Source: Hydrolagus colliei (Eukaryota). From it: 64,000 nucleotides of DNA. Both the position numbers and the translations under genes were made by a program. Below the pieces are notes generated by a model. The model ran no database searches. It had not been told where the DNA came from and saw only the letters and a list, made by a program, of their open reading frames with translations. Of this stretch, positions 62,601-64,000 are shown in pieces (within the stretch, counting starts at the first letter, position 1; every line of letters starts with the position of its first letter). The stretch covers positions 59,024,001-59,088,000 of the forward strand of contig CM068743.1 in assembly GCA_035084275.1 (NCBI GenBank), in the 5' to 3' direction.

Positions 62601-63414
62601 ATTATAGCGTGGGGGGGGGGGGGGGAGCGCCCAGGTGCTGCGGGCGACGGATCATCTCGTCGCGGGAGATCCGGACGGCGATCGGGCTGCTGCTGCTGCT
62701 GCTGTGCGAGCTGGCCAGACACGCCATGTCCGAGGTGCCAGGGCCATCACAGAGTCCCCGGGTTCATCGACTGAGGAGCCGGTCGGTTTTGGGGCCTGAC
62801 ACCACACTGGGCCCTTTTTTCCGCGCCCTTTTTTTTCCCGCCATCTTAGGGATCATCCGGGCGGGCGGCGAGGACAGGGAGTAGTTGCTGGACGATTGTT
62901 GGTTGTTGTTTGTTGCTGTTTTTGTTGTTGGTATTGTTGCTTTTGTTGTTTGTTGTTGTTTGTTGTTGTTGTTTGATTCCCCCCACCCCTGCCCCCATCT
63001 TCTTCTTCCCTCACTCCCTTTCCCCACTTTCTCTCCTCCCTTTTCCCCTTCCCTCCCTCTTCCCTCTTCCTGGTCTTGCCCCCTCCCATCTTTCCCTCCC
63101 TCTCTTCCTTGCCCCCCTTTCTCCCCCCTCTTCCTCCCTAGCCCTGACCCATCCCACCTTTCCCTCCCTCTCCCCCCCTTACCCTCTTTTCCCCCTTTCT
63201 CCCCTGGCCCCATTTTCGCGATTGTTTGTGGGGACACTGCTGTGCGCAATTTGGCTGCCGCGTTTCGCCCACTAATACAGTTACTTTTCCTACTATTCTT
63301 CATCCTGCCCTGATCCTTCCCACCCTGCTCTTGTCCTACCTGACTGTACAGCGCCTTGGGATGTCCTCTCGACGTGAAAGGCGCTATATAAATGTAAGTT
63401 TTGTTTGTTTGTTT
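62601..63414 (+). mobile_element. Composite non-autonomous retroposon-like insertion (H2B fragment, simple repeats, Deu segment, L2 tail)
   Basis: GTATT at both flanks (62596-62600 and 63415-63419); ends in the L2 stem-loop tail plus (TTTG)n; Deu core at about 63220-63285. Confidence 0.75.
62636..62827 (+). pseudogene. Histone H2B 3' fragment with a decayed 3' stem-loop
   Basis: RRIISSREIRTAIGLLLLLLCELARHAMSE, then GARAITE after a 1-nt frameshift, versus H2B [53 protein letters not shown] at 62810-62827 resembles the histone GGYYCTTTTCAGRGCC stem-loop. Confidence 0.85.
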
Positions 63415-63545
63415 GTATTGTGTCCAGTTCTGGGTACCACACTTTAGGATATCAAGGCTTCAGAAAGGGTGCAGAGAAGATTTACCAGAATGGTACCAGG
63501 AATGATGGACTTTAGTTATGCGGAGAGTCTAGAACAGCTGGGAGG

Positions 63546-64000
63546 GACTGCAGTATAGAATTCTAGAGAGTGAGGGTAGAGTGGCTGAAGGACCACCCAG
63601 GGGTGTAAAGCCTATAGGGCTTTGAAGGTGAGGATCAGTATCTTGAACTGTGTCCTCTGTCTGATGGGAAGCCAATGTTGTTTAATGAGGGAGATATGGT
63701 CACAGAACCTGCTGCAGGAGAGGGCACGGGCTATAGATTTCTAGATGATCTGCAGTCTATGGAGGGAGGAGTTGGGAGGCTGACAGACATTCTGTCAGGA
63801 CAGCAGTGGTCCTGGAGTCATGGGTGAGGTAGAAAGATAGAGTTGGGTGCCATCTGCATACATGTAGAAGTTGACCCCATGTCTGAGGATTATGTCACCA
63901 AGAGGGAGCATATAGATATTAAAGAGGAGGGGACCAAGGACAGAGCTCTGAGGAACACCACATGAGACGGTTTGGGGAGATGAAGTGGAAACTGTGAGAG
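63546..64000 (-). mobile_element. Degraded L2 LINE fragment running off the window end
   Basis: Minus strand reads [13 protein letters not shown]...YMYADGTQL and an FKILILTFKAL-like segment. Confidence 0.85.

Larger units (their letters stand above)
62520..63545 (+). mobile_element. CR1 fragment split by a composite insertion
   Basis: Left part ...SLVWPKMEY (to 62600) continues on the right as CVQFWVPHF...VQRRFTRMVPG (from about 63416), i.e. the CR1 LVRPQLEYCVQFW motif cut in two. Confidence 0.85.

Noticed and set aside
62402-62884. 160-aa ORF as a functional histone variant
   Set aside because: Chimeric read-through of CR1 remnant, poly-G and an H2B fragment; lacks most of the histone fold and is frameshifted.
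62764-63313. Gly/Glu-rich and Leu/Pro-rich ORFs
   Set aside because: Translations of (TTG)n and CT-rich simple repeats.
19036-64000. Further HDAC9 coding exons (VDVKSE/PLDLR and the Q-rich region)
   Set aside because: No matching sequence found by eye or in the ORF track; they presumably lie beyond the window.

Overview
Vertebrate genomic DNA, AT-rich and repeat-dense, with no prokaryotic features. The repeat set (tRNA-headed Deu-domain SINE with an (ATT)n tail, CR1 and L2 LINEs, shark-type Penelope fragments) points to a cartilaginous fish, probably a chimaera/holocephalan; this is an inference from recalled repeat families. The only host coding sequence I can support is one 5' exon of the class IIa histone deacetylase HDAC9 on the + strand (core exon 18964-19035, DGVSGREQPLQLLSQHRMHSMLTS). 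It is preceded by a probable MEF2-site promoter and followed by more than 45 kb of intron. The rest is 5'-truncated L2 and CR1 LINEs, young and old DeuSINEs, four clean non-autonomous DNA transposons (three hAT with 8-bp TSDs, one Tigger/pogo-type with a TA TSD), a probable Helitron, and Penelope fragments carrying minimal hammerhead-ribozyme cores. The most unusual object is an ~815-bp composite insertion at 62601-63414 that splits a CR1. It reads, in order: poly-G, a histone H2B C-terminal coding fragment with a decayed histone stem-loop, overlapping E2F/YY1 motifs, (TTG)n and CT-rich tracts, a SINE Deu-domain piece, and an L2 3' stem-loop tail. All family names come from visual recognition; no search was run.
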